From Dehalococcoidia bacterium (GTDB taxonomy: Bacteria; Chloroflexota; Dehalococcoidia; Lucifugimonadales; Australimonadaceae), in contig OZ242348.1 of assembly GCA_965208625.1 (NCBI GenBank), positions 1,629,344 through 1,693,343 of the forward strand: a stretch of DNA of 64,000 bases, in the 5' to 3' direction. Each line of letters begins with the position of its first letter. The first letter of the stretch is position 1. Under the pieces are notes generated by a model. It did no database searches. It was not told the origin of the DNA and saw only the letters and a list, made by a program, of their open reading frames with translations. Both the position numbers and the translations under genes were made by a program. This document shows, in pieces, positions 55,491 through 64,000 of the stretch.

Positions 55491-56708
55491 ATGAGCGACT
55501 ATACTGCGCCTGATCCCAGTGTGACGCACAGGAGGCTGTCCCGCATGGCGCCCTACACACGCATCTCCGGTGACTCCCACCTTGAGGTGGCGAACGAGCG
55601 GTGGACGCACCGCATCGACTCCGAGTACCGCGACCGCGCACCGCGGACGGTGAAGCTCGAGACCGGCGCGGACGCAACGCAGTTGGAAGACCTGCCCCTC
55701 ACCCAGAACCCGATGGACCTCTATGGCGGCAAGGGGCGCGACATCTGGTACCCCGGCGGACAGACCTACGAGTCCACGCCCGGCACCGGCTCGCCGCAGC
55801 AGCGCGTGCAGGAGCAGCACAAGGACGGCCTGGACGCCGAGATCCTCTACCCGGCCGTCGTTTGCGGCCCGCGGCTCTGGATGCAGGTGAAGGACGACGG
55901 CCTCCACCGGGCGCTCTTCCGAGGCTGGAACACCTGGCTCGGCGAGGAGTACTGCTCGGAGGCGCCTGACCGGCTGCTCGGCATCGGCGCGATCCCCGCT
56001 ACGGGCATCGACGACGCCGTCGCTGAGTTGGAGCACTGCAAGTCCGTGGGGCTGACCGGCGTGCAACTGATGACGTTCCCCAACGGCGGCGGAAAGCCCC
56101 TGCCGGAGGACGACCGCTTCTGGGCCACGTCGATCGACCTGCAGATGCCGGTCTCTATCCACGTCGAGCTCGACCGGAGCGGCAAGCGCGGCGGCAAGAT
56201 GCTCGACTACCCCGCCGAGGACGACCGCGTGACCACGGAACTCGCGTTCCAGGTGCAGCGGTTCGCCGCACGGGGCGGCGGCACGAACGCGGTACAACTG
56301 CTGCTCTCCGGCCTGTTCGACCGCTTCCCCGGCCTGCGCGTCTGCCTCGCCGAGACCTCCATCGGCTGGGTGCCCTTCTTCCTGGAGATCGCGGACGTGC
56401 GCTACAACCGCCACATCCACTGGGCGCAAACGATGCACGGCTTCACCCCCCTCAGGGCGATGCCCAGCGAGCTGCTAAACGAGTACTTCTACTGGGGCTT
56501 CCAGCAGGACCGCTCCGGCGTCGACCTGCGCCATCACATGAACGTGGACCGGCTCATCTGGGCGGCGGACTTCCCGCACCAGGAGTCGGACTGGCCGAAC
56601 TCGGACATGGTGATGGAGCACAACTTCACGGGCGTTCCGGAGGACGAGGTCTACAAGATGATCGTCCAGAACGCCGTTGACTTCTTCCACCTGCCGGAGC
56701 GGAACTGA
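55491..56708 (+). CDS. Amidohydrolase-2 (ACMSD-like) family metal hydrolase
   Basis: 'ISGDSHLE', 'DAEILYP', 'IWAADFPHQESDWP'. Confidence 0.7.
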   Translation: MSDYTAPDPSVTHRRLSRMAPYTRISGDSHLEVANERWTHRIDSEYRDRAPRTVKLETGADATQLEDLPLTQNPMDLYGGKGRDIWYPGGQTYESTPGTGSPQQRVQEQHKDGLDAEILYPAVVCGPRLWMQVKDDGLHRALFRGWNTWLGEEYCSEAPDRLLGIGAIPATGIDDAVAELEHCKSVGLTGVQLMTFPNGGGKPLPEDDRFWATSIDLQMPVSIHVELDRSGKRGGKMLDYPAEDDRVTTELAFQVQRFAARGGGTNAVQLLLSGLFDRFPGLRVCLAETSIGWVPFFLEIADVRYNRHIHWAQTMHGFTPLRAMPSELLNEYFYWGFQQDRSGVDLRHHMNVDRLIWAADFPHQESDWPNSDMVMEHNFTGVPEDEVYKMIVQNAVDFFHLPERN

Positions 56709-56828
56709 GGCGCAGCCTATGCCTTCGTTCTGTGTCATTCCGGGCGGAGCCTCCGGCTACGCTCAACATGACAAGGCAGAGGGACCGGGGGAGAGTCAGC
56801 AACCACACCCTGAGCACGGAGGTTCCCC

Positions 56829-57566
56829 ATGAGCGAAGCGGACGAACTGCAGAGCGACCTCGTAACGGCGTCCACCATCATCGAGTGGGAGTTCGGCGAC
56901 ATCATCGGGCACGTCGGCGTGCGGCTGCCGAACGACGAGGGCATCGCGGTCAAGATGCTCCGCGCACCGCAGCTCCCCGGAGCCGAGAATTGGCTGATGC
57001 AGTTCGACATGGACGGCAACAAGCTCTCCGGTGACGGCACCGTGCCGGGCGAGGCCGCCATCTACACGCGCATCTTCCGCGCCAAGCCTGAGGTCAACGC
57101 CATCGTCCACGCGCATGCCAACATGTGCATCGTGCTCGGCCTGGCGGGCGTGCCCATCAACGGCGTCCACCTCGCCTCTGCGAAATTCGGCGAAGGCCTG
57201 CCGGTGTACCCCGTGCCCACCTACGTCTCCGACGATGCGGACGGCGACGCCATCGCGCGGACGCTCGGCGACGCCCCCGGCCTGACCATCAACGGCCACG
57301 GCATCGTGACGGTCGGCAAGAGCATCGACGAGGCATGCTTCACCGCCGTCCACATGGAGCGCACCGCCAAGATCATCCAGGCCGCGCGGATGCTGGGGTT
57401 CGACCACGTCGACGGCGCATTCCAGGAGGAGATGGCTGGCAACGCCCGCAAGATGAGCGAGCGCCAGGCTTCCATCAACCGCCCGAAGGTCGACCACTCG
57501 GACGACTGGCGCTACTACACGAGGAAACTCTCCCGCGGCGAACCGTGGAACCGTGGCTGGACCTAG
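56829..57566 (+). CDS. Class II aldolase/adducin-domain protein
   Basis: 'GHVGVRLP...EAAIYTRIFRAKPEVNAIVHAHANM...INGHGIVTVGKSIDEA'. Confidence 0.75.
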   Translation: MSEADELQSDLVTASTIIEWEFGDIIGHVGVRLPNDEGIAVKMLRAPQLPGAENWLMQFDMDGNKLSGDGTVPGEAAIYTRIFRAKPEVNAIVHAHANMCIVLGLAGVPINGVHLASAKFGEGLPVYPVPTYVSDDADGDAIARTLGDAPGLTINGHGIVTVGKSIDEACFTAVHMERTAKIIQAARMLGFDHVDGAFQEEMAGNARKMSERQASINRPKVDHSDDWRYYTRKLSRGEPWNRGWT

Positions 57567-58947
57567 CCTGATCGCCCCTCGCCCGCGCAGGCGCACGAAC
57601 CTATTCTGGCCGTTCGACGCCTACTACGGCTGGGCCATCGCGTGGACGGCGCTCATCGTCTCTTTCGCGTCGTCCGTCTTCTACGGGCCCGTGCTGAGCG
57701 TCTGGTACGAGCCGATACTCGAGGAGACGGGCTGGAGCGCGACAGATATCGCGGCGTCCTTCACCATCGGCAGCTTCTCCGGCTCCATCCTCACCGCCGT
57801 CATCGGCAAGGTGATGGACCGCTACGGCACGCGCACCATCATGGCGCTTTCCGGCATGGTGCTCGCAGGCTGCATGGTGGGGCTGGCGTTCATGCAGGCA
57901 CCGTGGCAGATGTGGCTCTTTTTCGGCACGGGACGCGCCTTCGCCATCGCGGGCGTGCAGATCGGCACGACGGTTGCCATCGCCAACTGGTTCATCCGCA
58001 AGCGCGGCACGGCGACGTCCTTCGCAGGGTTCGGCCTGCGGGCGGGACAGGCGCTCGTGCCGCTCGCCGCAGCAGTGATCATCGTGCTGCTCAGCTGGCG
58101 CTGGGCCTTCGGCCTGCTCGCTATCTCCGCGATCCTGCTCGTCACCGCACCGGCGCTCGTCTATCTCCGGCGCAGACCGGAGGACTACGGCCTGCTGCCC
58201 GACGGCGAGCCACCCCCAGAGCCAACGAATAGCAGCGAGGGCGAAGCGCGAGAGACTGAGGCGCAGTGGACGACGTCCCAGGCGCGGAAGACCGCCGCCT
58301 TCTGGCTCATCCTGCTCACCACCTCCATCATGTTCTTCGCCCAGACCGCAACGAACCTCCACGCCGCGCCGCACTTCCAGACGCGCGGCGTCTCCTTCGA
58401 GAGCTCGGTCGTCATCGTGTTCATATTCGCTGCCATCTCTGCGGTGATGACCGTGCCTTGGGGCTGGGTGATGGACCGCCTCCACGTGCGCTTCGTCATC
58501 GCGATAGTCTCGCTCCTCTACTTCGGTTCCATGGTCGTCATCATCAACGCGCACACATTCGCGGGCGCGGTCCTTTTCGGCGTCGTGTTCGGGGTCGCGC
58601 AGGGCGGCTGGACCGTGAGCCAGCGCATCATCGTGCCGAACTACTTCGGACGCCGCTCCGTGGGAGGCATACGCGGCCAGATGGGGTTGATGACGGCCTT
58701 CATCAACCCCGTGGGGCCGCTCGCCGCCGCCTGGATACGCGACCAGACCGGCAGCTACGAGCAGGCGTTCACCATCTTCGCGTTCATGTTCCTCGCCGCC
58801 ATCGTGATGATGCTCATCGCAAGCCCGCCCGTCCTGCGCGCCGCGCCTGCCCGGCGCACGGTACGCACGGCACTCGTGCTGTGGGCGGTGCTCGTCGCGC
58901 TCTATCTCATCGTCCAGCGCCAGCTCAACCAGCGCTCCGAGGAGTGA
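57553..58947 (+). CDS. MFS transporter
   Basis: About 12 TM helices. 'GKVMDRYGTR' loop motif. The exact start is uncertain. Confidence 0.7.
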   Translation: MAGPSLIAPRPRRRTNLFWPFDAYYGWAIAWTALIVSFASSVFYGPVLSVWYEPILEETGWSATDIAASFTIGSFSGSILTAVIGKVMDRYGTRTIMALSGMVLAGCMVGLAFMQAPWQMWLFFGTGRAFAIAGVQIGTTVAIANWFIRKRGTATSFAGFGLRAGQALVPLAAAVIIVLLSWRWAFGLLAISAILLVTAPALVYLRRRPEDYGLLPDGEPPPEPTNSSEGEARETEAQWTTSQARKTAAFWLILLTTSIMFFAQTATNLHAAPHFQTRGVSFESSVVIVFIFAAISAVMTVPWGWVMDRLHVRFVIAIVSLLYFGSMVVIINAHTFAGAVLFGVVFGVAQGGWTVSQRIIVPNYFGRRSVGGIRGQMGLMTAFINPVGPLAAAWIRDQTGSYEQAFTIFAFMFLAAIVMMLIASPPVLRAAPARRTVRTALVLWAVLVALYLIVQRQLNQRSEE

Positions 58948-59013
58948 GCCCCCACTCCCCGTGGTGCTAGAATATCCTCTGCGCCCTCTCGTATGAGGGC
59001 CGTTCCTCCGAGG

Positions 59014-59088
59014 GCCACCGTAGCTCAGTGGCAGAGCAGCTGTTTCGTAAACAGCAGGTCAACGGTTCGAATCCGTTCGGTGGCTCCA
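59014..59088 (+). tRNA. tRNA-Thr (anticodon CGT), CCA encoded
   Basis: Cloverleaf folded by hand: acceptor GCCACCG/CGGTGGC, D arm GCTC..GAGC, anticodon stem GCTGT/ACAGC with loop TTCGTAA, T arm AACGG-TTCGAAT-CCGTT, discriminator T, then CCA. Confidence 0.85.
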
Positions 59089-59138
59089 GCGCCCCTCCCA
59101 GACTGGCGTCCCTCCAGCCGTTCCGGCATGATTGACCC

Positions 59139-59699
59139 GTGTTCGAGTTGAACGTCATCCTGATTGCCCTACTCGTAGGTACACTTCTCGCCGCAGTGAT
59201 CCTTGTGGCATACGTGAGGCATGGGCACCTCACGCCACGGACCAAGCAGACCAGGCCCGAGTACGTCTGGCTTGCGTTCGCCGAACGATACGCATCTCCT
59301 CTCAGCCTTCCGTTCGTTGGCGCGGAGACCATCGAGGCAACGGAAGATACCTACAGGGGCGCCTACCTCCTGCTGCTGGCGGGGCTCCGAATGGAGCTGA
59401 TGATGGCCGAGTTCTTCATCGAGAGCGGCGCGCTGTTCTCCTTCCCGCGACCCCGCGTCGTCAATCGAGTCACCTATGCCACCGAGGCATTCCGTCCTCA
59501 TCTGAAAGGAATCAGGTCGTTGGAAGACTTCGGCAAGTATGCGCCCTACCGAGGCGGCCGGCTGTGGATGATGAAGTTGTCCGTCCACCCCGAGGATGCC
59601 GACGAGGCTGTCGCTGTGCTGAAACGCGCCAACATCGCCGTGGAAACCGCAGCAGGACCGCAGCCTTGGTGGCATACGCAAAACATCCAGGTGTACTAG
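59139..59699 (+). CDS. Membrane-anchored hypothetical protein (paralog A)
   Basis: 186 aa with an N-terminal TM helix. Shares 'DTYRGAYLLL...MEL', 'LEDF', 'LSVHPEDADEAVAVLKRA' with the next gene. Confidence 0.55.
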   Translation: MFELNVILIALLVGTLLAAVILVAYVRHGHLTPRTKQTRPEYVWLAFAERYASPLSLPFVGAETIEATEDTYRGAYLLLLAGLRMELMMAEFFIESGALFSFPRPRVVNRVTYATEAFRPHLKGIRSLEDFGKYAPYRGGRLWMMKLSVHPEDADEAVAVLKRANIAVETAAGPQPWWHTQNIQVY

Positions 59700-59765
59700 G
59701 CTTGGTGGTCCGTTTTCCGGGGCCCTGTGGTAGCGTCGTCATGGTTGTGGAGGAGCAACTATTCC

Positions 59766-60287
59766 ATGGACCAGTACGGTATCCCGGTCTTCATATTCAT
59801 AATCACGGTCATCGCTGGTGCGCTCGTCGTGATACGCGTGAGGCGCATCTTGCAGCAAGCGGCTGCGAACCCGAGGCGCGGCTACGTCTGGCTTAGGGTC
59901 ATCGGAACTACCCAGGACGAGTCCACACAAGATACCTACAGAAGCGCGTACCTCCTGCTGATGGAGGACGTCCGCATGGAGTTGCGGATAGCCAACTGGC
60001 AGGCGCCCATCTACTACGACAGCACGGCCTTCAGCCACAAGAGCTCGGACCTTACCCCCCGGTCCCGGAGCAGGGGCCGGACGCTCTATACGACTGAGTC
60101 CCTCGAACCTCACCTGCCCGAGATTCGTTCGTTCGAGGACTTCCAACGTCACGCAACGTATCCGGGTGCCTGGCTGACGGAGATGAGACTATCCGTACAC
60201 CCGGAGGATGCGGACAAAGCGGTCCGGGTGCTTGAACGCGCCGGTCTAACGATGGAGAAACGGACAGGAACGCACTTCTGGCACTAG
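59766..60287 (+). CDS. Membrane-anchored hypothetical protein (paralog B)
   Basis: Start 'MDQYGIPVFIFIITVIAGALVV'. Conserved blocks 'DTYRSAYLLL', 'FEDF', 'LSVHPEDADKAVRVLERA'. Confidence 0.55.
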   Translation: MDQYGIPVFIFIITVIAGALVVIRVRRILQQAAANPRRGYVWLRVIGTTQDESTQDTYRSAYLLLMEDVRMELRIANWQAPIYYDSTAFSHKSSDLTPRSRSRGRTLYTTESLEPHLPEIRSFEDFQRHATYPGAWLTEMRLSVHPEDADKAVRVLERAGLTMEKRTGTHFWH

Positions 60288-60349
60288 GGCCTCCCGCGAC
60301 ATAACAGCCCATGAATCCACCCACCCTGCCGTAACGTATCATCCGGTGC

Positions 60350-60865
60350 ATGGACGATAACCCCAGCCCTACCCCCGTGCGCGGGGCGCTCCTCGCAGGA
60401 GCGGTCGCCGCAGTCGTAGCCGCGCTCGTCTCCCTGCCGCTGCACTCGCCGCACGACGCCCTCCTGAACTCGGCGAGCGTCACCTGGGGCGTGCTGTTGC
60501 TCGCCCTGGTGAGCGGCCTCGCCTGGCGGAGGCTGAGCCACGAGCCAATGGCAGTGCGCCGCTTCGCCGTACTCATGGCTGTCGGCTTCTTCATCTGGGT
60601 GGGTGTGGCGTTCGCCGTTGGCACCATGCTGACGCGTATGGTCGCGTTCAGCGTGCCGCTCGCCGCGATAGCGTTCGGCGGCATCGCCGTGCTCACGCCC
60701 CTGTTCGCACGAGTGCCGCTCGCCTCGCGATGGCCGGTCATCGTCGTGGCGCTCGTCGTCGCGGCTGCCGTGGGTATCGGCCTCGCAGGTCAGGGCGACC
60801 AGGAGAGCGGACGGCTGGAATTGCCGCCGCGCGCCGGGTACGACACATATAGAATCGACGCATAG
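60350..60865 (+). CDS. Integral membrane protein (about 5 TM, hypothetical)
   Basis: 171-aa hydrophobic ORF. Confidence 0.5.
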   Translation: MDDNPSPTPVRGALLAGAVAAVVAALVSLPLHSPHDALLNSASVTWGVLLLALVSGLAWRRLSHEPMAVRRFAVLMAVGFFIWVGVAFAVGTMLTRMVAFSVPLAAIAFGGIAVLTPLFARVPLASRWPVIVVALVVAAAVGIGLAGQGDQESGRLELPPRAGYDTYRIDA

Positions 60866-60882
60866 CACTTCAGGAGTTCCCG

Positions 60883-61716
60883 ATGCCCACTCTCACCTCT
60901 CGATACCCGAAACTCATCCTGCCGCTGGCGCTCGCCGCGGTGCTCGCCCTCCCCGCCTGTGGCGCAGACCCAACCCCAACACCAGTTCCGACCCCCACGG
61001 CCAACGTCGCCGCGGTCATTCCCACGCCTGCCCCCACGCCAACCACCGCTGCGATGTCCGATTCCGCACCAACCCCTGTGCCAACCGCCAGGCCGGAAGC
61101 CCCTTCGACCGACACCCCTACGACGGCCCCCTCGGCCGACACTCCAACTCCTCGTCCAGCTCAGGAACAGGCACCCGCCGAGCGCTCGACCGGCCAGGTG
61201 GACGGCATCGTGTTCGTCGTGTCGGAGGGTTCCGAGGCGACCTTCTCCGTTGGCGAGGTGCTCGCTAACGTTTCGATCCCGAACTACGAGGCCGTGATGC
61301 GCACCACCAGCCTGAGCGGCGAGGTGCGGCTCGACGGCGAAGCCTCGGTCGTCACGGTGAACCTGCACAGCATGGAGAGCGACGAACCGTTCCGCGACCG
61401 CTACGTGCAGAGCCGCATGTTCCCGGGCCAGCCGACCGCGAGCGTGACGTTCGGGAACCTGACCCCTCTGCCAGGCGGTTTCACGGATGGCGAAGAGGTA
61501 ACGACCGAGGTTGTCGGCACGCTCAACATCAACGACATGGACGTGCCCCTCACGTTCGCCATCACCGCCCGCGACGACGGCGACGAGGTCTTCGTACTCG
61601 GGCGCTCGACGTTCACCTGGGACCAGATCGGCGAACCGGTGCCGACCGCCCGCAGCGTCGTCAGCGTCGAGGACGAGGTCCGCGTCGAAGTGTTGCTGGC
61701 GCTCACGACGCAATAG
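60883..61716 (+). CDS. YceI-like lipoprotein
   Basis: Lipobox 'LALPACG' and Pro/Thr linker. C-terminal domain 'EATFSVGEVL...TSLSGEV...NLHSMESDEPFRDRYV...VVGTLNINDMDVPLTF' resembles the YceI family. Confidence 0.5.
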   Translation: MPTLTSRYPKLILPLALAAVLALPACGADPTPTPVPTPTANVAAVIPTPAPTPTTAAMSDSAPTPVPTARPEAPSTDTPTTAPSADTPTPRPAQEQAPAERSTGQVDGIVFVVSEGSEATFSVGEVLANVSIPNYEAVMRTTSLSGEVRLDGEASVVTVNLHSMESDEPFRDRYVQSRMFPGQPTASVTFGNLTPLPGGFTDGEEVTTEVVGTLNINDMDVPLTFAITARDDGDEVFVLGRSTFTWDQIGEPVPTARSVVSVEDEVRVEVLLALTTQ

Positions 61717-61798
61717 GACTGACCATCCCTCCTCGCCTTGCGCCGATGGGTGCGGTAGCGCATCATTGCGCCCGCGCGCTACGCAGCAGGAGGGAGTC

Positions 61799-62857
61799 AT
61801 GACCGCACCCAAGGTCGTCGTCTTTGCGCCCGGTGATGAGCGGAGCTACCAGCGGTTCGAGGAGGCCGGATGCGATGTAACGCTCGGCAAGGCCTCGTGG
61901 GCCGACCCCACCGGCAACACCACGGATGAGATCGCTGCGATGGCCGTCGACGCCGACGCGCTCGTCGGCACGTCCATCAAGGGCGGACGCATAGACCGCG
62001 GCGTCATGCTCGCCTCCGAGCAGCTCCGCATCGTCGCCAAGTACACCGTCGGCGTCGACGAGATCGACACCGACGTCGCCACGGAACTCGGCATCATCGT
62101 CACGCACGCGCCCACCGAGGCGAACTGGGGCGGCGTGGTCGAGACCACTATGCAGCAGTTGCTCACCCTGCTCAAGAAGTCCCGCCAGCGCGACGCCGCG
62201 CTCAAGCAGGGCACGGCCTGGCGAACGCCGGCGCTCACCGCAACCCACCTCGGACGGCGCGAGGACGGCTACGCCGGCCTGACGGTCGGCATCGTGGGGC
62301 TCGGGCGCATCGGCGGACGGCTCGCCCAGATGCTCGCGCCCTGGCGCGTGCGCATGATCGCCTACGACCCCTACCAGCCCATCGACCGCTTCATCCACGC
62401 GAACGTCGAGCGCGTCGACCTCGAGACCCTCCTGCAGGAGTCCGACGTCGTGACACTCCACGTCATCCTCACGGCGGAGACGCACCACATGATCGGCGAG
62501 CGCGAACTCGGCATGATGAAGCCGACCGCCATCCTCCTCAACACTTCGCGCGGCCCCGTGATCGACGAGAAGGCACTGGTGAAGGCCCTCCAAGACGAGA
62601 CCATCGCAGGCGCAGGACTGGACGTTTTCGAGGTCGAGCCGCTCCCCATGGACAGCCCGCTGCGGCAGATGGACGAGCGCGTCCTGCTCTCGCCGCACGT
62701 CGCGGCGCACAACCACGGCGCGGGCATCGGCCCCGGCATCGAGTGGGGCACGGAGGACGTGCTGCGCGCCCTGCGCGGCCAGCTGCCGGAGCACGTCTTC
62801 AACAAGGAAGTCATCCCCCGCTGGCTCGAACGCTTCGAAGGCCGCGCGGTTATCTAA
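61799..62857 (+). CDS. D-isomer-specific 2-hydroxyacid dehydrogenase
   Basis: 'VGIVGLGRIGGRLAQML', 'LLNTSRGPVIDE', 'AGLDVFEVEP', 'LSPHVAA'. RBS AGGAGGGAG. Confidence 0.8.
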   Translation: MTAPKVVVFAPGDERSYQRFEEAGCDVTLGKASWADPTGNTTDEIAAMAVDADALVGTSIKGGRIDRGVMLASEQLRIVAKYTVGVDEIDTDVATELGIIVTHAPTEANWGGVVETTMQQLLTLLKKSRQRDAALKQGTAWRTPALTATHLGRREDGYAGLTVGIVGLGRIGGRLAQMLAPWRVRMIAYDPYQPIDRFIHANVERVDLETLLQESDVVTLHVILTAETHHMIGERELGMMKPTAILLNTSRGPVIDEKALVKALQDETIAGAGLDVFEVEPLPMDSPLRQMDERVLLSPHVAAHNHGAGIGPGIEWGTEDVLRALRGQLPEHVFNKEVIPRWLERFEGRAVI

Positions 62858-62885
62858 CACTGTCACCACCCTCAGGAGGGAGCCC

Positions 62886-64000
62886 ATGACCACCAACGGG
62901 CGTATCAGCAAGGCCGAGTGGGGCTCCGACGTCATCGTCGAGACGCTGCGCGGCCTCGGCATCGAGTACGTTGCCATGAACCCCGGCGCCAGCTTCCGGG
63001 GCGTCCACGACTCGCTCGTCAACTACCTCGGAAACGAGCGCCCCGAGCTCATCCTCTGCCCTCACGAGGAGATCGCCGTCGCCATCGCGCACGGCTACGG
63101 CAAGGCTGCGGGCAAGCCGATGGCCGCCTACGTGCACAACGTCGTCGGCCTGCTCCACGCGACCATGGCCATCTTCAACGCGTCCGCGAACCGCTCCGCC
63201 GTCCTCGTGCTCGGCGGCACCGGCCCCATGGCCGCGGACGAGCGCCGCCCGTGGATCGAGTGGATACACACCGCCAACGTCCAGGGCAACGCCGTCCGCG
63301 ACTACGTGAAGTGGGACGACCAGCCCGCCAGCGTCGGCGCGTCGGTCGAATCGCTCATCCGCGCCTACCACATCGCCACCAGCCAGCCGGAGGGCCCGGT
63401 CTACGTCAACTTCGACGTCTCGACGCAGGAAGAGCAGCTCACTGAACCGTTCGAGATGCCGGACTTCGACTCCTTCCCGGCGCCGACGCGCTTCCAGGCC
63501 GACCCTGACGCGCTCGAGCAGGCCGCAAGCCTGCTCGTGGACGCGCAGCGCCCCGTCGTCCTCGCCGATTTCCTCGGACGCTCCGAGGAGGCGGCGAACG
63601 GCCTCGTACGGCTCGCGGAACTGCTGTCTCTTCCCGTCGTCTCGGGCGGCGACCTCTACAACTTCCCGTCGCGCCACCCGCTGAACGTCACCACCGCTAA
63701 GCGGCAACTGCTACAGGAGGCCGACGTCGTGCTCGCGCTCGACGTGTACGACCTCCAGCAGTCGCTCACCGGACAGGACTACCGCGCCCGCCAGTTGCAG
63801 CACCTGCTGCCGCCCGGCGCGAAGCTCATCGACGTGTCGCTCCGCCAGCTCGCCATCCGCAGCTGGACGGCGGACTACGGCGGCCTCTATCCCACGTCCC
63901 TCTCCGTGCAGGCCGACACCGCGCTCGCCATCCCCGCGCTCGCCGACCTCGTCGAGCGCCGCCTCAACGACGGCCCCGACCGTTCGAGCGAGCTGCGCGA
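62886..64000 (+). CDS. Thiamine-diphosphate-dependent enzyme (acetolactate-synthase-like), 3'-partial
   Basis: Hand translation is open to the window end: 'GSDVIVETLRGLGIEYVAMNPGASFRGVHDSL...CPHEEIAVAIAHGYGKAAGKPMAAYVHNVVGLLHATMAIFNA...VLVLGGTG'. Confidence 0.75.
   Translation, partial: MTTNGRISKAEWGSDVIVETLRGLGIEYVAMNPGASFRGVHDSLVNYLGNERPELILCPHEEIAVAIAHGYGKAAGKPMAAYVHNVVGLLHATMAIFNASANRSAVLVLGGTGPMAADERRPWIEWIHTANVQGNAVRDYVKWDDQPASVGASVESLIRAYHIATSQPEGPVYVNFDVSTQEEQLTEPFEMPDFDSFPAPTRFQADPDALEQAASLLVDAQRPVVLADFLGRSEEAANGLVRLAELLSLPVVSGGDLYNFPSRHPLNVTTAKRQLLQEADVVLALDVYDLQQSLTGQDYRARQLQHLLPPGAKLIDVSLRQLAIRSWTADYGGLYPTSLSVQADTALAIPALADLVERRLNDGPDRSSELR

Noticed and set aside
58967-59332. 121-aa minus-strand ORF
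   Set aside because: It overlaps the tRNA-Thr gene and the start of the plus-strand paralog A, and has no motif.
1-64000. Search for cas genes (Cas1/Cas2/Cas3/Cas10/RAMP) to pair with the array
   Set aside because: No translated ORF showed recognisable Cas motifs. The array is reported as orphan within this window only.

Overview
High-GC window (visually about 65% GC, probably a Chloroflexota- or Actinomycetota-like monoderm; taxonomy not verifiable here). It has four parts. (1) 1-15.2 kb is a scrambled accessory region. It holds a C11-like peptidase, a STAS protein, an amino-acid SBP, a PstS-domain lipoprotein and a cas-less 29-repeat CRISPR array (7826-9872). It also holds an OpuAA/ProV-like ATPase with a decapitated operon, an HNH endonuclease, an IS remnant, a PPOX flavoprotein with an internal tandem duplication, and remnants of a serine-recombinase element. 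(2) About 15.2-46.3 kb is an approximately 31 kb integrative conjugative element (ICE). Its minus-strand establishment block carries DUF2958, a PRTRC-like E1/JAB/E2-like/Ubl cassette, an SNF2 helicase, four small Zn-ribbon proteins, an orphan N6-MTase, RadC, SSB, a Rad52-like annealase and a DnaG-like primase. Its plus-strand block is a Gram-positive-type T4SS: a VirB6-like protein, two VirB2-like pilins, a PrgI/VirB3 fusion, VirB4, a coupling protein and a replication-relaxation relaxase. Two HTH regulators and a large serine recombinase sit at the right end. (3) 46.4-58.9 kb is ordinary metabolic and transport genes plus a HicAB pair. (4) 59-64 kb holds tRNA-Thr(CGU), two tandem paralogous membrane-anchored unknowns and further housekeeping genes. 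The most interesting candidate is the ubiquitin-like conjugation (PRTRC-type) cassette. It sits in what looks like the ICE leading region, together with repeat-rich non-coding segments and recurrent post-gene stem-loops. All calls rest on reading translated motifs. No database searches were run.
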